Shown here piece after piece: positions 28,901-38,278 of a DNA stretch of 64,000 nucleotides. The notes below the pieces were generated by a model. It searched no databases, was not told where the DNA came from, and worked only from the letters and a program-made list of their open reading frames with translations. The stretch comes from Candidatus Eiseniibacteriota bacterium (lineage in GTDB: Bacteria; Eisenbacteria; RBG-16-71-46; DASYSL01). A program made the translations under genes and the position numbers. Where the stretch lies: positions 35,977 through 99,976 of the forward strand of contig JANPEF010000091.1 of assembly GCA_031431875.1 (NCBI GenBank), read 5' to 3'. How positions within the stretch are numbered: position 1 is the stretch's first letter; the number at the start of each line of letters is the position of its first letter.

Positions 28901-29957
28901 AGCACTGCTTGGTGAACCCGCTCGCGCCCGTCGTCAGCATCAGGCCGTACGTGCCGGCGCCGGTCGTCTGCACGGTGACCGACGTGCCCGTCGCGCTGCC
29001 GACGATGGATGCACCGCTCGTGTTCTCGAACAGCGACCAGGCGTAGGTCTCCATGCCCGCGGGAGCCGTATGGGTGTTCGTGGATCCGGCGCAGAACGGC
29101 CCGGCGTTCGAGATTCCGCAGCGCGGCACCGGGTACACGGCGTCGGTGGACATCGAGCGGTCCTGGTTGCCGAGGTTGCCCAGCGTCCAGCCGACGAGGC
29201 GCATGTGATACGAGGAACCGCTGATGCCGCCGGCCGAGCGCGGTGATCCGTCGGCATTGAAGCCCCAGTCCCAGCGGCTCGCGATGTGACCGCCCCAGGC
29301 GAGGACGGCGCTCGGGCTGTCGGGGATGAAGCGCACCTTGACCAGCGTCTCGGACGAACGCGCCGACAGGGCCACGTCGCCCTCGCTCACGTAGGTCACG
29401 TCGAGCAGCGTGCCGCCGAACAGGGTCATCACGCGTTCGGCCGCGGACAGGGCGGCCATGTTGGTCGACGGCTGCGCAGCCGCGGGCTCGGATTCCGCGC
29501 CGTCCGGGTCGATCACGACGTTGCGCGTCACCAACGGGATCGGCGCCGTCGTCACCATCGGGCCCACGCCGGAGATGCCGTCGAGCGGATCGAACACCTC
29601 GGGATCGCGGTGCCCGAACAGCACGTGCGGCAGCAGGCGCTGGTACTGCGTGAGATAATCGAGCGCATACGAGCCGCTGCGCTTCACGTTGTAGCCCAGC
29701 GTCAGCTCGACGACGCTGCCATTGGTCGGCAGGTCGGCGAGGATGGCGCGGTAGGCGATCGAGTGGCTCTCGAGGTAGTGCGAGTTCGAGGCGCCGGCGT
29801 TGCCGCTGGTCCAACCCGGGATCGGCGTCGAGGTCGCGGTGGCCTGGCCGTTTCTCACCTGCTCGAGCGAGGCCGAGGGTGCAGCGACTGCGGACCCGGC
29901 GATCACAGTACCGAGCGCCAGGGCGATGGCGAGTGAGCTGAGGCGAGACGACGACAT
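25968..29957 (-). CDS. Large secreted protein with about six tandem ~85-aa Ig/PKD-like repeats and C-terminal FlgD-Ig sorting domain
   Basis: Repeating NAGxDQxVCAxxPQVQL..W.GG.G.F.PGR..LNA.Y.P..EI.AG.VTLTL..GPC; CTD PNPFSN..FDLAGRLVRTL..WNGRDERG..SGMYF. Confidence 0.9.
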   Translation of the reverse strand: MSSSRLSSLAIALALGTVIAGSAVAAPSASLEQVRNGQATATSTPIPGWTSGNAGASNSHYLESHSIAYRAILADLPTNGSVVELTLGYNVKRSGSYALDYLTQYQRLLPHVLFGHRDPEVFDPLDGISGVGPMVTTAPIPLVTRNVVIDPDGAESEPAAAQPSTNMAALSAAERVMTLFGGTLLDVTYVSEGDVALSARSSETLVKVRFIPDSPSAVLAWGGHIASRWDWGFNADGSPRSAGGISGSSYHMRLVGWTLGNLGNQDRSMSTDAVYPVPRCGISNAGPFCAGSTNTHTAPAGMETYAWSLFENTSGASIVGSATGTSVTVQTTGAGTYGLMLTTGASGFTKQCSAIVTVNAPTTSDAGLDQTVCANAPQVQLAALAGNGNGTWVGGTGTFSPGRTAANALYTPSAAEITARGVTLTFNVVPTAGPCGPASDTMRITIDPAATGSAGADAVVCAGAPLVQLNGSVGGGAASGSWVGGNGAFTPGRSVLNATYLPSPDEVTAGGVTLTLETNDPTGPCGAYSDQMRITINPSATAIAGTDPVVCASAPQVQLAGSIGGGATSASWTGGAGSFNPGRTALNAIYTPTAAEIAAGGVTLTLVTADPTGPCPPASASLRITINPAATANAGTDLVVCATSPLAQLAGSVGGGATSGTWNGGNGTFTPGRSALNATYLPTPGEVTAGSVLLTLVTNDPAGPCGAFSDQVLITINPAAVVYAGPDQIVCAGSPQVQLAGAVTGGASGGTWSGGGGSYSPRATALNARYTPSPGEIAAGGVTLTLTSDDPAGPCGPVADQVRVTIDPLTIVNAGPDQVVCATSARTQLHGAVTGPVSGGTWTGGTGTFSPGRNDLDAFYTPSPAEIVAGSVTLTLTSATSTRPCPPASDLVTIVINPAPTVNAGADQVVCAATPQVQLTATLGGSANGGAWVGGAGVFAPGRSSFNPTYTPTPGEVASGSVTLTFTTNDPAGPCGPVSDQVKITFAQPTVTVPNRIVCDGVAPVELCANAANGLAPYTYLWSNGATTRCIAVADTGRYSVTITDARGCKATGSGVYRIRDCEGQLTHTSATCTSYQAGEGPDMPSSDVNYALENNVITNIAPGVFFYWSKVVAPSANFTIQVVQEKNSPTAPFIATHQGQVTLYDENCNGIGGGTETSTGQVSIPVSGVQAGDVLIIQVKYSLKSILGAYVPPVGGLHYDFKTVINGQVVDQDPDGLQIGTPATTGVDDDLPLDGPALELYRPVPNPFSNGMRLAYEVPTATATVSIKVFDLAGRLVRTLAGDTQSAGRYVVVWNGRDERGATARSGMYFIQMRIGNEAKRVRVTYLK

Positions 29958-30366
29958 GGCAACGCTCCCGACCCGAAGGTCTGCGTACTCGAGGACATCT
30001 CGAGGAAGCCGGCGTTGCCGCGCGAACCAGAAAAGCGGCGAACGGAATCCGGCCGAGTGGGAACGCAGAGTGCAAGTGGTCGGCCAAACGCCCTTGGAGC
30101 GACGTGGTGAATTGCATTGCGTGGATGTTGAGGTTCCCGCGGGGTCCGGGGCGGGCCCTGCGTTCCGCCCGATGCGGCGCGTTCACGGGCGGGCTCGATC
30201 TGGGGGAAAGAGCGGAGTGAATGGGGGAAAGTCGCCAGTCGCGGGGACCGGGCAAGACGTTGGCGACGCGCCTGCGCTAGACTGCCGATCACCTGCCGCG
30301 GAGCGCTCCACCCGCGGATCCCTCGCCTGCAGGAAGGCCGCTCCATCCCACACCGGAGGTGATTCA

Positions 30367-30990
30367 ATGCATCGCACGTTTCGAGCTCTCTGCCTCGGCG
30401 CCGGACTCGCGCTGACGACCGTTGTCGCGTCCGCGCCGGACGCCTACAGCCACGACGCCGCCCCGATGACCAACGGCATGAAGGCCGACATCCTGTTCTG
30501 GATCGCGGACGCGGAATCCAAGCTCGCCCAGCTGGCCGAGGCGATGCCCGAGGACAAGTACGGGTGGTCCCCCGAGAAGGACGTGCGCACGCCGGGGCAG
30601 GTGTTCATGCACGTCGCGGCCGCAAACTACGGCATTCCCTCGATGTGGGGCGTCGCACCGCCGGCCGGCTATGCGTTCGACACGTACGAGAACTCGCTGA
30701 CGAAGAAGGCCGACATCCAGAACGCCCTCAAGCAGTCATTCGTGCACGTGAAGGCCGCTCTCTCGAGCGCCACCGACGCGGACTTCGAGAAGCCAGTGGA
30801 GTTGTTCGGCATGAAGACCACGGTGCGCGGCTGCTACATGCTGCTGCTCGCCCACGCTCACGAGCACCTCGGCCAGTCCATTGCCTACGCGCGCATGAAC
30901 AAGGTGACGCCGCCATGGACCGAGCGACAGAACGCCGAGATCGAGAAGAAGAAGAAGGAGGCGGCGGAGAAGGAGAAGAGCGGCAAGTAG
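30367..30990 (+). CDS. Secreted DinB/YfiT family protein
   Basis: LAEAMPEDKYGWSP..VRT.GQVFMHVA and HAHEHLGQSIAYARMN motifs; GGAGG RBS. Confidence 0.88.
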   Translation: MHRTFRALCLGAGLALTTVVASAPDAYSHDAAPMTNGMKADILFWIADAESKLAQLAEAMPEDKYGWSPEKDVRTPGQVFMHVAAANYGIPSMWGVAPPAGYAFDTYENSLTKKADIQNALKQSFVHVKAALSSATDADFEKPVELFGMKTTVRGCYMLLLAHAHEHLGQSIAYARMNKVTPPWTERQNAEIEKKKKEAAEKEKSGK

Positions 30991-31056
30991 CCGTGTCGTC
31001 GAGCCATTCTGCGTTCGGGCGGCCGCCCGGGTCACGCCCAGGGCGGCCGTGATTCC

Positions 31057-31932
31057 TCAGGCGCGGCGGTCCCCCACGCCGGATACCCCCGTCGCCGCCG
31101 GCCGTATCCCCGTCGAACACCAGTCGCTCCACGAGCCCTCGTAGAGCAGTCCGTCCGGAAATCCGGCGACGTGCAGCGCGAACAGGTTCTGGCAGGCGTT
31201 GATGCCGCTGCCGCAGTACGCGATCACGCGCTCCGCACGGTCGGCGCCGAGCGCCGCGAACTGCTGGCGCAAGTCCTCCGCCGGCAGGAAGCGCGGATCG
31301 TCCGCCGCGCGCACGTTCCCGGGGTACGGGCGGTTCACCGCTAGCGGCACGTGGCCGGCCACGGGATCGATGGGCTCGATGCGGCCCTCGTAGCGCTCGG
31401 ACAGTCGCGAGTCGATCATCAGGGTCCCGGGCTCGTGACGCAGCCGCTCCACCGCGTCGGCGTCCACGACATCGTCGGTGCGCGCGCGCGACACGAAGTC
31501 AGCCGGCGCGATGGCCGCCGCCCCGGACTCGGTCGCACGACCCTCCGCGCTCCAGCGCGCCCACCCACCGTCGAGCAACGAGACGGGCTCGTGCCCGAAG
31601 TGGCGCAGCAGCCACCACAGGCGCGCAGCCGTGGAGCCGTCACCGAAGTCGTAGGCGATCACGCGGGTGTCCGCCGCGACACCGCCGCGCGACATCGCGG
31701 CGGCGAAGCGCTCGGCGCTGGGCAACGGGTGGCGCCCGGGGCCCTGGCCGCGAGGCGCGGCGAGATCCCCGTCGACGTCGAGAAACACCGCGCCGGGCAC
31801 ATGCGCGGCGCGGTACGCAGCGCGACCCTTGCCGCGCTCGAGCAGCGACCAGCGCACGTCGACGACTCGGACCTGCGGATCGCCGAGGTGCTCGGCGAGC
31901 CACTCCGTGGTGACGAGAGCGGGGACGGTCAC
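31057..31932 (-). CDS. sseA: Tandem-rhodanese sulfurtransferase (3-mercaptopyruvate/thiosulfate)
   Basis: LVTTEWLA, HVPGAVF, GRHPLP, ARLWW, YCGSGINAC, LYEGSWSDW. Confidence 0.9.
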   Translation of the reverse strand: MTVPALVTTEWLAEHLGDPQVRVVDVRWSLLERGKGRAAYRAAHVPGAVFLDVDGDLAAPRGQGPGRHPLPSAERFAAAMSRGGVAADTRVIAYDFGDGSTAARLWWLLRHFGHEPVSLLDGGWARWSAEGRATESGAAAIAPADFVSRARTDDVVDADAVERLRHEPGTLMIDSRLSERYEGRIEPIDPVAGHVPLAVNRPYPGNVRAADDPRFLPAEDLRQQFAALGADRAERVIAYCGSGINACQNLFALHVAGFPDGLLYEGSWSDWCSTGIRPAATGVSGVGDRRA

Positions 31933-31935
31933 GGG

Positions 31936-32085
31936 AGTCCTTTCGGGGCGGGCGGAATCACGGTGAACGCCGCGGGCGACGTGTTCGTGACCGACTCCGG
32001 AAGCGGTCGCGTCCTCGAGTTCGATTCCGCCCCGACTCCGGCGGAAGCGACCACCTGGGGATGGATCAGGAGCGACGATCGCTGA
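31936..32085 (+). pseudogene. 3' relic of an NHL-repeat protein with degraded TTWG sorting tail
   Basis: GITVNAAGDVFVTDSGSGRVLEF (NHL blade) + APTPAEATTWGWIRSDDR*; no start codon or RBS. Confidence 0.65.
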
Positions 32086-32157
32086 GCCTGGGTTCACATG
32101 TGCAAGACGACTCGTCCCGGGACGAGTTGACATGCACGTCCCCGTCCGGTGCCCGCC

Positions 32158-32703
32158 CTAATCTCCGCGCGCGGCAGCCACCGCCAGCAACGAGTCGCGC
32201 AGGTCGGGGGATGTCGGGCACGTGAGATCGTCGCGGCGGCACTCGAGCAGGTCCTGGCCGCAGCCGCAGCCGCAGGGGATCCCGGGTGCGGTCTCGACGA
32301 ACCAGCGGCGCTGCGCCTGCGACGTCGTCGAAGCGAACGTGACGCCCGGAACTTCGTCGTCGCCGATCGTGCCGTCGGCGAGGACCGCGTCGCGAATGCG
32401 CTCGCCGATCTTCTTGAGACCGCGGTGCGCGTCCGAAGCGGGGATGTCCGGCGCTTCCGTGATCCCGGGCAGAAGCGGATCGTCGGGTACGACGATGGGC
32501 GTGTCGCCGCCGGGCAATCCGGCGTGCAGCGAGTCATCGGGCATCGCCTGCGTGCGGCCGCCCGCAGGCGCGGGGGCCACGTTCGCCTCGCGGCCCGCGG
32601 AACCTTCGGGCGGACGGAACGAGCGGACGAAAAAGAAGCCACCCGCCGCGAGCACCACCGCGACGAGGGCGGCGACGACGAGACGGGTGGAGTTTGGCGA
32701 CAT
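32158..32703 (-). CDS. Membrane-anchored hypothetical protein with Cys-rich C-terminal motif (CGCGC..ECRRDD.TC)
   Basis: N-terminal TM helix; 5 clustered Cys; directly downstream of the ferredoxin. Confidence 0.7.
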   Translation of the reverse strand: MSPNSTRLVVAALVAVVLAAGGFFFVRSFRPPEGSAGREANVAPAPAGGRTQAMPDDSLHAGLPGGDTPIVVPDDPLLPGITEAPDIPASDAHRGLKKIGERIRDAVLADGTIGDDEVPGVTFASTTSQAQRRWFVETAPGIPCGCGCGQDLLECRRDDLTCPTSPDLRDSLLAVAAARGD

Positions 32704-32720
32704 GGCGGCGCCGGGGGGCG

Positions 32721-32969
32721 CTACTTGTCCTTCTTGTAGTAGTCCGCATTGACCTGGATCTGGTGCTCCTGGTCGGCCGGCACCTCGTCCGCGGGGTAGA
32801 TCGCGTTGACGGGGCACACCGGCTGGCATGCGCCGCAGTCGATGCAGATGTCGGGATCGATGAAGTACTGCTTCGACTCCTCGTCCGACTTGATGCAATC
32901 GACGGGACACTCCTGCACGCAGGACTGGTCCTTGATGTCGATGCAGGCGTCGGTGATCACATAGGCCAT
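32721..32969 (-). CDS. fdxA: Ferredoxin (7Fe FdxA-type)
   Basis: MAYVITDACIDIKDQSCVQECPVDCI...CIDCGACQPVCPVNAI. Confidence 0.9.
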   Translation of the reverse strand: MAYVITDACIDIKDQSCVQECPVDCIKSDEESKQYFIDPDICIDCGACQPVCPVNAIYPADEVPADQEHQIQVNADYYKKDK

Positions 32970-33154
32970 CAGTTGCCCTTTCGGCCCGCCGGCGGGGTGA
33001 ACCGGGGGGTGGTTCCTGCGGGTTGCGTCAGCCTTGGGCCGTGCCGGCCACGCACGCGGCAGGCGGCCCATCGGCGGGAATGTGCCGTTCGGCGGCGGTT
33101 GCGTCAAGGGGCTCGTCGTGGGCGCGCCGTCCGGGCCCGCGACCGGTCGCCGGC

Positions 33155-35464
33155 TCAGGCTTCGAGCCGAACTTTCCTCATCAATGCGCCCCAGCGCGGA
33201 TCACGGTACAGGGGCAGCAGGCACCAGCTGGCCTTCGCCTGCGCGATCCCGGGGTCGTGCTCGTCGTACGCGCGCTCGAGCCAGCGGAACGCCTCGTCGA
33301 AATCTCCCCGCACGGCGTAGACCTCGGCGACCTGGAACGCACCCTCGATGGCGAAGTCCCGCTTCAGGCGGTCGAATGGCGGCTCGGATTCCTCGGCGCG
33401 GCCCAGGGCGTGGAGCACGATGGTGAGCGCCTGGTCGCGGAAGACCGGGTGGGGCTCGGCCTGCGCCTCCCCCAGCGCCTCCTCCTTGCGGCCGCCACCG
33501 AGCAGCACGAGCGCCAGCGTGTTGCGGATCGCGGCCCGCCCGGGCGCCAGTTCGAGGGCCTTGCGCAGGGCCGTCTCTGCCTCGTCCAGCCGCCCGGAAG
33601 CGTGCAGGGCGTAGCCGAGATTCATGTAGCCGCGCGCGCTGAGGGGATCCTGCTCGCACGCCCGGCGGCTGATCTCGACGGCCTCCTCGAAGCGGCCCAT
33701 CGTTGCGGCGACCAGGGAGGCCCGACGGAGGGTGATCGTGTCGTCCGGGGCCACCGCGAGCATGCGGGCGGTCGTGACCTCGACTGCCGGCCAGTCCCAG
33801 TCGTAGTTCGTCTGCAGCGAAGCGGTCGCCTCGAGGACCTCGGGCAGGTCCGGGGCGAGCGCCATGGCGCGGGCCGCGGCCTCGCGGGCCCGCGGCAGCG
33901 CGTCCGCGGCGGGGATCGCGGCGAGTCCGATCTCGTCGTTGATCACGTCCGCGAGGCCGGCCCACGCGCGCGCGAACTCGGGCTCCAGCTCGAGAGCGCG
34001 TTCGAGGTACTCCTTGGCCTTCATCAGGCTCTCCGCCGAGCGCCGCTCCTGCAGGAAGCGCGCCTGCAGGTACAGCCGATGGGCCTCGGGATTGCTGCCG
34101 CGACCGCGCGCGGCGGCCGCGACGGCGGCTTTCGCCTCGCCGCTCGCCTTCGAGTCGGACTCGACGCCGAGCAGAGCGGTGCGCAGCTCCTTCACCACCG
34201 ACTGCGCAATGTCGTCCTGCACGGCGAAGATGTCCTCGAGCGTGCGATCGTAGGTCTCGGACCACAGGTGGTAGCCGTCGGCGACGTTCACCAGCTGCAC
34301 CGAGATGCGCACGCGGTTGCCCGACTTGCGCACGCTGCCCTCGAGCAGGGTCGCCACGCCGAGCTTCTGGCCGATGACCGACAGCGCGTCGGTCGTGCCC
34401 TTGAACTGGAACGACGACGTGCGCGCGGCGACACGCAGGCCGCGGATCTTCGCGAGCATGCCGAGCAGCTCGTCGGCGAGGCCATCCGAGAAGTACTCGT
34501 CGTCCTCGTCGCGGCTGCGGTTGACGAACGGCAGGACGGCGATCGACGCGACGGCCTTCGTCGCCGGCTTCGCGGCGGCCGCCTGGCCCGGCGACTCGAG
34601 CGCGTGCTTGATGCGGCGCAGCTCGTTGCACACGTCGAGCGCGGTCTGCAGGCGCGCATTCGGATCCTTCTCGAGGCAGCGGCTGACGACGCGCTCGAAC
34701 TCTCCCGGCAGCTCCGCGCGCACGATCCGCAACGGCTCGGGCACGTCGCGCAGGATCGCCGAACCCACGTCGGCCGGGGTCGCGCCGGTGAACGGGCGCT
34801 GCCCGGTGGCCATCTCGTAGAGCAGCGTGCCCAGGGCGAACAGGTCCGTGCGCGCGTCTACCGCGTCGCCACGCACCTGCTCGGGGGCCATGTACGGCAC
34901 GGTGCCCATGATCTGGCCGACGTGCGACAGCGGCGAGGCCACCGTGGCGTCGCCGTTGGCGCCGAGCGTGGCATCCGGCGTGTCCGACGCCAGCTTGGCG
35001 AGGCCGAAGTCGAGCACCTTCACGCGGCCTTCGCGGGTGAGGATCACGTTCGCGGGCTTGAGATCGCGGTGCACGACGCCGCGCGCATGGGCGGCGGTCA
35101 GCGCGTCGGCGAGCGCGATGCCGAGTTCGAGCACACGCAGCACGGGAAGGCCGCCGGGCACGACCTGCAGGTCGAGGCTCTCGCCCTCGACCAGCTCCAT
35201 CGTCAGGAAGCGGACACCGTCCTCGTCCTCGACCGAGTAGAGGACGACGATGTTCGGATGGTTGAGCACCGCGACCATGCGGGCCTCGCGCTCGAAGCGC
35301 GCCAGGCGCTCGGCGTCGGCGGCCACCCCGGCGGGCAGGACCTTGATCGCCACCTCGCGACCCAGGCGCGTGTCCTTCGCGCGGTAGACCTCCCCCATGC
35401 CGCCGCGACCGAGCAGCGCGAGGATTTCATAGGTCCCGAGCCTGGTGCCGGCAGCGTACGGCAT
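33155..35464 (-). CDS. Ser/Thr protein kinase with TolB-like domain and TPRs
   Basis: LGRGGMGEVY, HRDLKPAN, DFG; SIAVLPFVN..DEYFSDGLADEL; TPR C-terminus. Confidence 0.93.
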   Translation of the reverse strand: MPYAAGTRLGTYEILALLGRGGMGEVYRAKDTRLGREVAIKVLPAGVAADAERLARFEREARMVAVLNHPNIVVLYSVEDEDGVRFLTMELVEGESLDLQVVPGGLPVLRVLELGIALADALTAAHARGVVHRDLKPANVILTREGRVKVLDFGLAKLASDTPDATLGANGDATVASPLSHVGQIMGTVPYMAPEQVRGDAVDARTDLFALGTLLYEMATGQRPFTGATPADVGSAILRDVPEPLRIVRAELPGEFERVVSRCLEKDPNARLQTALDVCNELRRIKHALESPGQAAAAKPATKAVASIAVLPFVNRSRDEDDEYFSDGLADELLGMLAKIRGLRVAARTSSFQFKGTTDALSVIGQKLGVATLLEGSVRKSGNRVRISVQLVNVADGYHLWSETYDRTLEDIFAVQDDIAQSVVKELRTALLGVESDSKASGEAKAAVAAAARGRGSNPEAHRLYLQARFLQERRSAESLMKAKEYLERALELEPEFARAWAGLADVINDEIGLAAIPAADALPRAREAAARAMALAPDLPEVLEATASLQTNYDWDWPAVEVTTARMLAVAPDDTITLRRASLVAATMGRFEEAVEISRRACEQDPLSARGYMNLGYALHASGRLDEAETALRKALELAPGRAAIRNTLALVLLGGGRKEEALGEAQAEPHPVFRDQALTIVLHALGRAEESEPPFDRLKRDFAIEGAFQVAEVYAVRGDFDEAFRWLERAYDEHDPGIAQAKASWCLLPLYRDPRWGALMRKVRLEA

Positions 35465-35928
35465 CAGCCCTCGTTCTCGATCAGCCTGCGGATGAACGGG
35501 CGGTCGGCCTCGAGCAGCTCGTCGGGATTCACGTCGGTCAGCTTGACCCAGCGGAACGCCTGGCCGTCGAGCGACTGCAGCTGGCCGGTCGGCGCCGTGC
35601 AGCGCACGAACGACAGCACGACCTGGAGCCCGTGCGGGTAGAGGTGCGTTTCCTCGGCCATGAGTTCGATCGCCTCGACGTCGACGCCGAGTTCCTCGCG
35701 GACCTCGCGGACGACGGCGTGGAGCGGGGTCTCCCCCGCCTCGAGCTTGCCGCCGGGGAACTCCCAGAAGCCGGCGAGCGCCTCGCCCGGCGGGCGCTGG
35801 GCGAGCAGGATCTCGGGCCCGTCGTCGGTCGGACGGAGCATGACGGCGGCGCCCACGCGGATCTGGCGGACGCGATCGTGACGGCGCGGAGGTCGGGGCG
35901 AAGCTGCGGAATCGTTGCGCGTGGTCAA
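35464..35928 (-). CDS. MutT/NudG-like NUDIX pyrophosphohydrolase
   Basis: WEFPGGKLEAGETPLHAVVREVREELG Nudix box. TTG start overlaps the upstream stop. Confidence 0.88.
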   Translation of the reverse strand: MTTRNDSAASPRPPRRHDRVRQIRVGAAVMLRPTDDGPEILLAQRPPGEALAGFWEFPGGKLEAGETPLHAVVREVREELGVDVEAIELMAEETHLYPHGLQVVLSFVRCTAPTGQLQSLDGQAFRWVKLTDVNPDELLEADRPFIRRLIENEG

Positions 35929-37094
35929 GCCGGGGTCCTCACGCCTTCCGCCGACGCACCGGTCGCGTCGTCGGCCTGCTCCCCGATCGCGGGCGGCCCG
36001 CCCCGACGTCGCTCGGGCGGACAGCACGCACCGGCCGGCACGGGCATGCCGTGCGGGCAGGCAACGGGGTGCTTGAGGAAGGCACAGATATGTTCGGTCA
36101 CCTGCGGATCGAGAATGTGCTCGATCCGGCAGGCGGTCGCATCCAGGTGCGGATCTTCCGCATCGAGCGCGGTGGCGAACAGGCATTCGGCCAGCCGATG
36201 CCGACGCACCAGGTCGTGCGCCCGCGCCGCCCCTCGGGCGGTGAAGGCGAGCTCGTCGCCCGACTGGACGACAAGGCGACGATCCACGACTTCGCGCGCG
36301 ATCCGCTCGCGATCCACGACCTTGGAGGCGCGAACGGACATCAAGGCAAGCGGCCGACCATCCTCCCAGAGATACCACATCTCTTCGAGGAAGTGGTCGC
36401 AGCGCTCCTCGCGTTCCGAGTCGCTCGCGCGGGCCACCGCGAGCCGGCCGTGGTGCAGCTCGACACGGCGATCGGCCAGCGCGCCGACGTCGGGATCGTG
36501 GGTGACGAGCACGATCGTATGCCCGGCGCGATGCAGGCGCACGAGGATGTCGAGCACGATGCGCGCGTTGTCCTCGTCGAGGTTGCCGGTCGGCTCGTCG
36601 GCGAGGATCAGGCGCGGGCGGTTGATCAGCGCACGCGCGATGCACACGCGCTGCTGCTCCCCGCCCGAGAGATGGCCGGGACGAGCCGCGAGCTTCTCGC
36701 CGAGTCCCACCGCGACGAGCGCGGCCTTCGCCTCGGCCTCGTCGGCGATCGAGTGGTAGTGCTGCGCGACCATCACGTTCTCGACCGTGGTCAGGTACGG
36801 CAGCAGGTGAAACTGCTGGAACACGAGCCCCACCTGTTCCCGCCGGTAGCGCGTGCGCGCCCCCTCGTCGAGCCGCGCGATCTCGACGCCGCCGACGGTG
36901 ATCGATCCCTCGTCGGGCCGGTCGAGGCCGCCCAGCAGGTTGAGGAGAGTGGTCTTGCCGGAGCCCGACGGGCCCATGACAGCGAGCCACTCGCCGGACT
37001 CGATCGTGAGGTCGAGCGCGTCGAGAGCGCGCTGCGCGCCGTAGATGCGCGTCACTTGCTTGAGCTCGATGCGGGCGCCGTGCGGCACGGTCAC
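35925..37094 (-). CDS. LolD/MacB-type ABC ATPase fused to a DtxR/MntR-like metal-binding/dimerisation domain
   Basis: GPSGSGKT, LSGGEQQR, ILADEPTG, VTHD; C-terminal RRHRLAE..ACRIEH..HPVACPHGMPVP. Confidence 0.9.
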   Translation of the reverse strand: MTVPHGARIELKQVTRIYGAQRALDALDLTIESGEWLAVMGPSGSGKTTLLNLLGGLDRPDEGSITVGGVEIARLDEGARTRYRREQVGLVFQQFHLLPYLTTVENVMVAQHYHSIADEAEAKAALVAVGLGEKLAARPGHLSGGEQQRVCIARALINRPRLILADEPTGNLDEDNARIVLDILVRLHRAGHTIVLVTHDPDVGALADRRVELHHGRLAVARASDSEREERCDHFLEEMWYLWEDGRPLALMSVRASKVVDRERIAREVVDRRLVVQSGDELAFTARGAARAHDLVRRHRLAECLFATALDAEDPHLDATACRIEHILDPQVTEHICAFLKHPVACPHGMPVPAGACCPPERRRGGPPAIGEQADDATGASAEGVRTPA

Positions 37095-38278
37095 TCCCCC
37101 CTCAGTACGGTCGCGGGCTCGATCGCCAGCGCGCGGCGCACGGGCAGGACGGAAGCAGCGAGCGCCGTCGCCACGCCCAGCCCGACGATCGCGGGCGGCA
37201 CGAACGGCGCGACGCGGATCGCGGTGCCGAACACCCCATAGCCGATGGCCTGCGCGGCGATCAGGCCGATGGTCAGCCCGACCGCGCCGCCGGTGGCGCC
37301 CAGCAGGCACGCCTCGGTCGCGAACAGGCGCACCAGGTCGCGCCGCCCGGCTCCCAGGGCGCGCAACAGCGCGATCTCGCGCGTGCGCTCGAGCACGAGG
37401 TCGGTGAGCGTACCCATGGCCGCGAGCGTTGCCGCGGTCAGCGCGATCGCCGTCACGAACGCGAGCAGCACGCGCAGCCGCGCGAGCACGACACCGTCGG
37501 CCTGCGACAATTGCTTGATGGCGCGCGCGGTCGCTCCTTCCTGTACCGCCGCCGAAGGCGGCGGGGCCTTGGCGAATGCCTCGATCGCGGCGCTGGAACC
37601 GTTCGCGCGAGCGAGCGCCAGGTGAAACCGCGCCGGATCCTCGCCCAGAGCATCGGCAAGGCGATCGCCGCGCACGAACAGTTGACGATCCTCGGGGCCG
37701 CCGGTGCGCACGATGGCGATGCGTGTCAGGCCCAGCGGGCGCGTGCCGCGCGGACCGGTGATCTCGAGCGTGGCGCCGTCGCCCGCGACGAGATGGAGTT
37801 CGCGCGCCACGATCGCGCCGGCGAGCGCATCGGCGCCGGCGAGCGAGCCGTCGGTCCGCCACGTCGGATAGAGCCGCGCGAGCGCCTCCAGGTCGTCGAC
37901 ACCCGCGACGACCGCGGCGGCCTCGCCGCGACGCGCCACCGCGTAGCGCAGCGTCACCGCACCGGCCAGACGCCCGGAGTTCGTCTCGGCGGCGAGCCAT
38001 GAGCCCGTCCCCGCACCGAGGCGGGCGTCGCCCCCCACCGAACCCAGCGCGAGGTCGCGCTCGCCGACCGTGAGCGCGCCGGCCTCGGGGACGACGACCA
38101 GGTTCGGGCCGTAGGCGCGCAGTTCGCGCTCGACCTTGCTCCCGATGTCACGCGACACGAGGAGCAGGGCCGCCGCGACCGACGTGCCGACGGCGATCGC
38201 GGCCACCGCCAGCAGCACGCGGCCGCGCCGCGCCACGAGCGCGCCGCGCAGCAGCGGTCCGAACGGAACGGAGCTCAT
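37091..38278 (-). CDS. FtsX/MacB-type ABC permease (Fet-like)
   Basis: ELRAYGPNLVV; ERTREIALLRALGA; 4-TM MacB topology. Confidence 0.88.
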   Translation of the reverse strand: MSSVPFGPLLRGALVARRGRVLLAVAAIAVGTSVAAALLLVSRDIGSKVERELRAYGPNLVVVPEAGALTVGERDLALGSVGGDARLGAGTGSWLAAETNSGRLAGAVTLRYAVARRGEAAAVVAGVDDLEALARLYPTWRTDGSLAGADALAGAIVARELHLVAGDGATLEITGPRGTRPLGLTRIAIVRTGGPEDRQLFVRGDRLADALGEDPARFHLALARANGSSAAIEAFAKAPPPSAAVQEGATARAIKQLSQADGVVLARLRVLLAFVTAIALTAATLAAMGTLTDLVLERTREIALLRALGAGRRDLVRLFATEACLLGATGGAVGLTIGLIAAQAIGYGVFGTAIRVAPFVPPAIVGLGVATALAASVLPVRRALAIEPATVLRGE

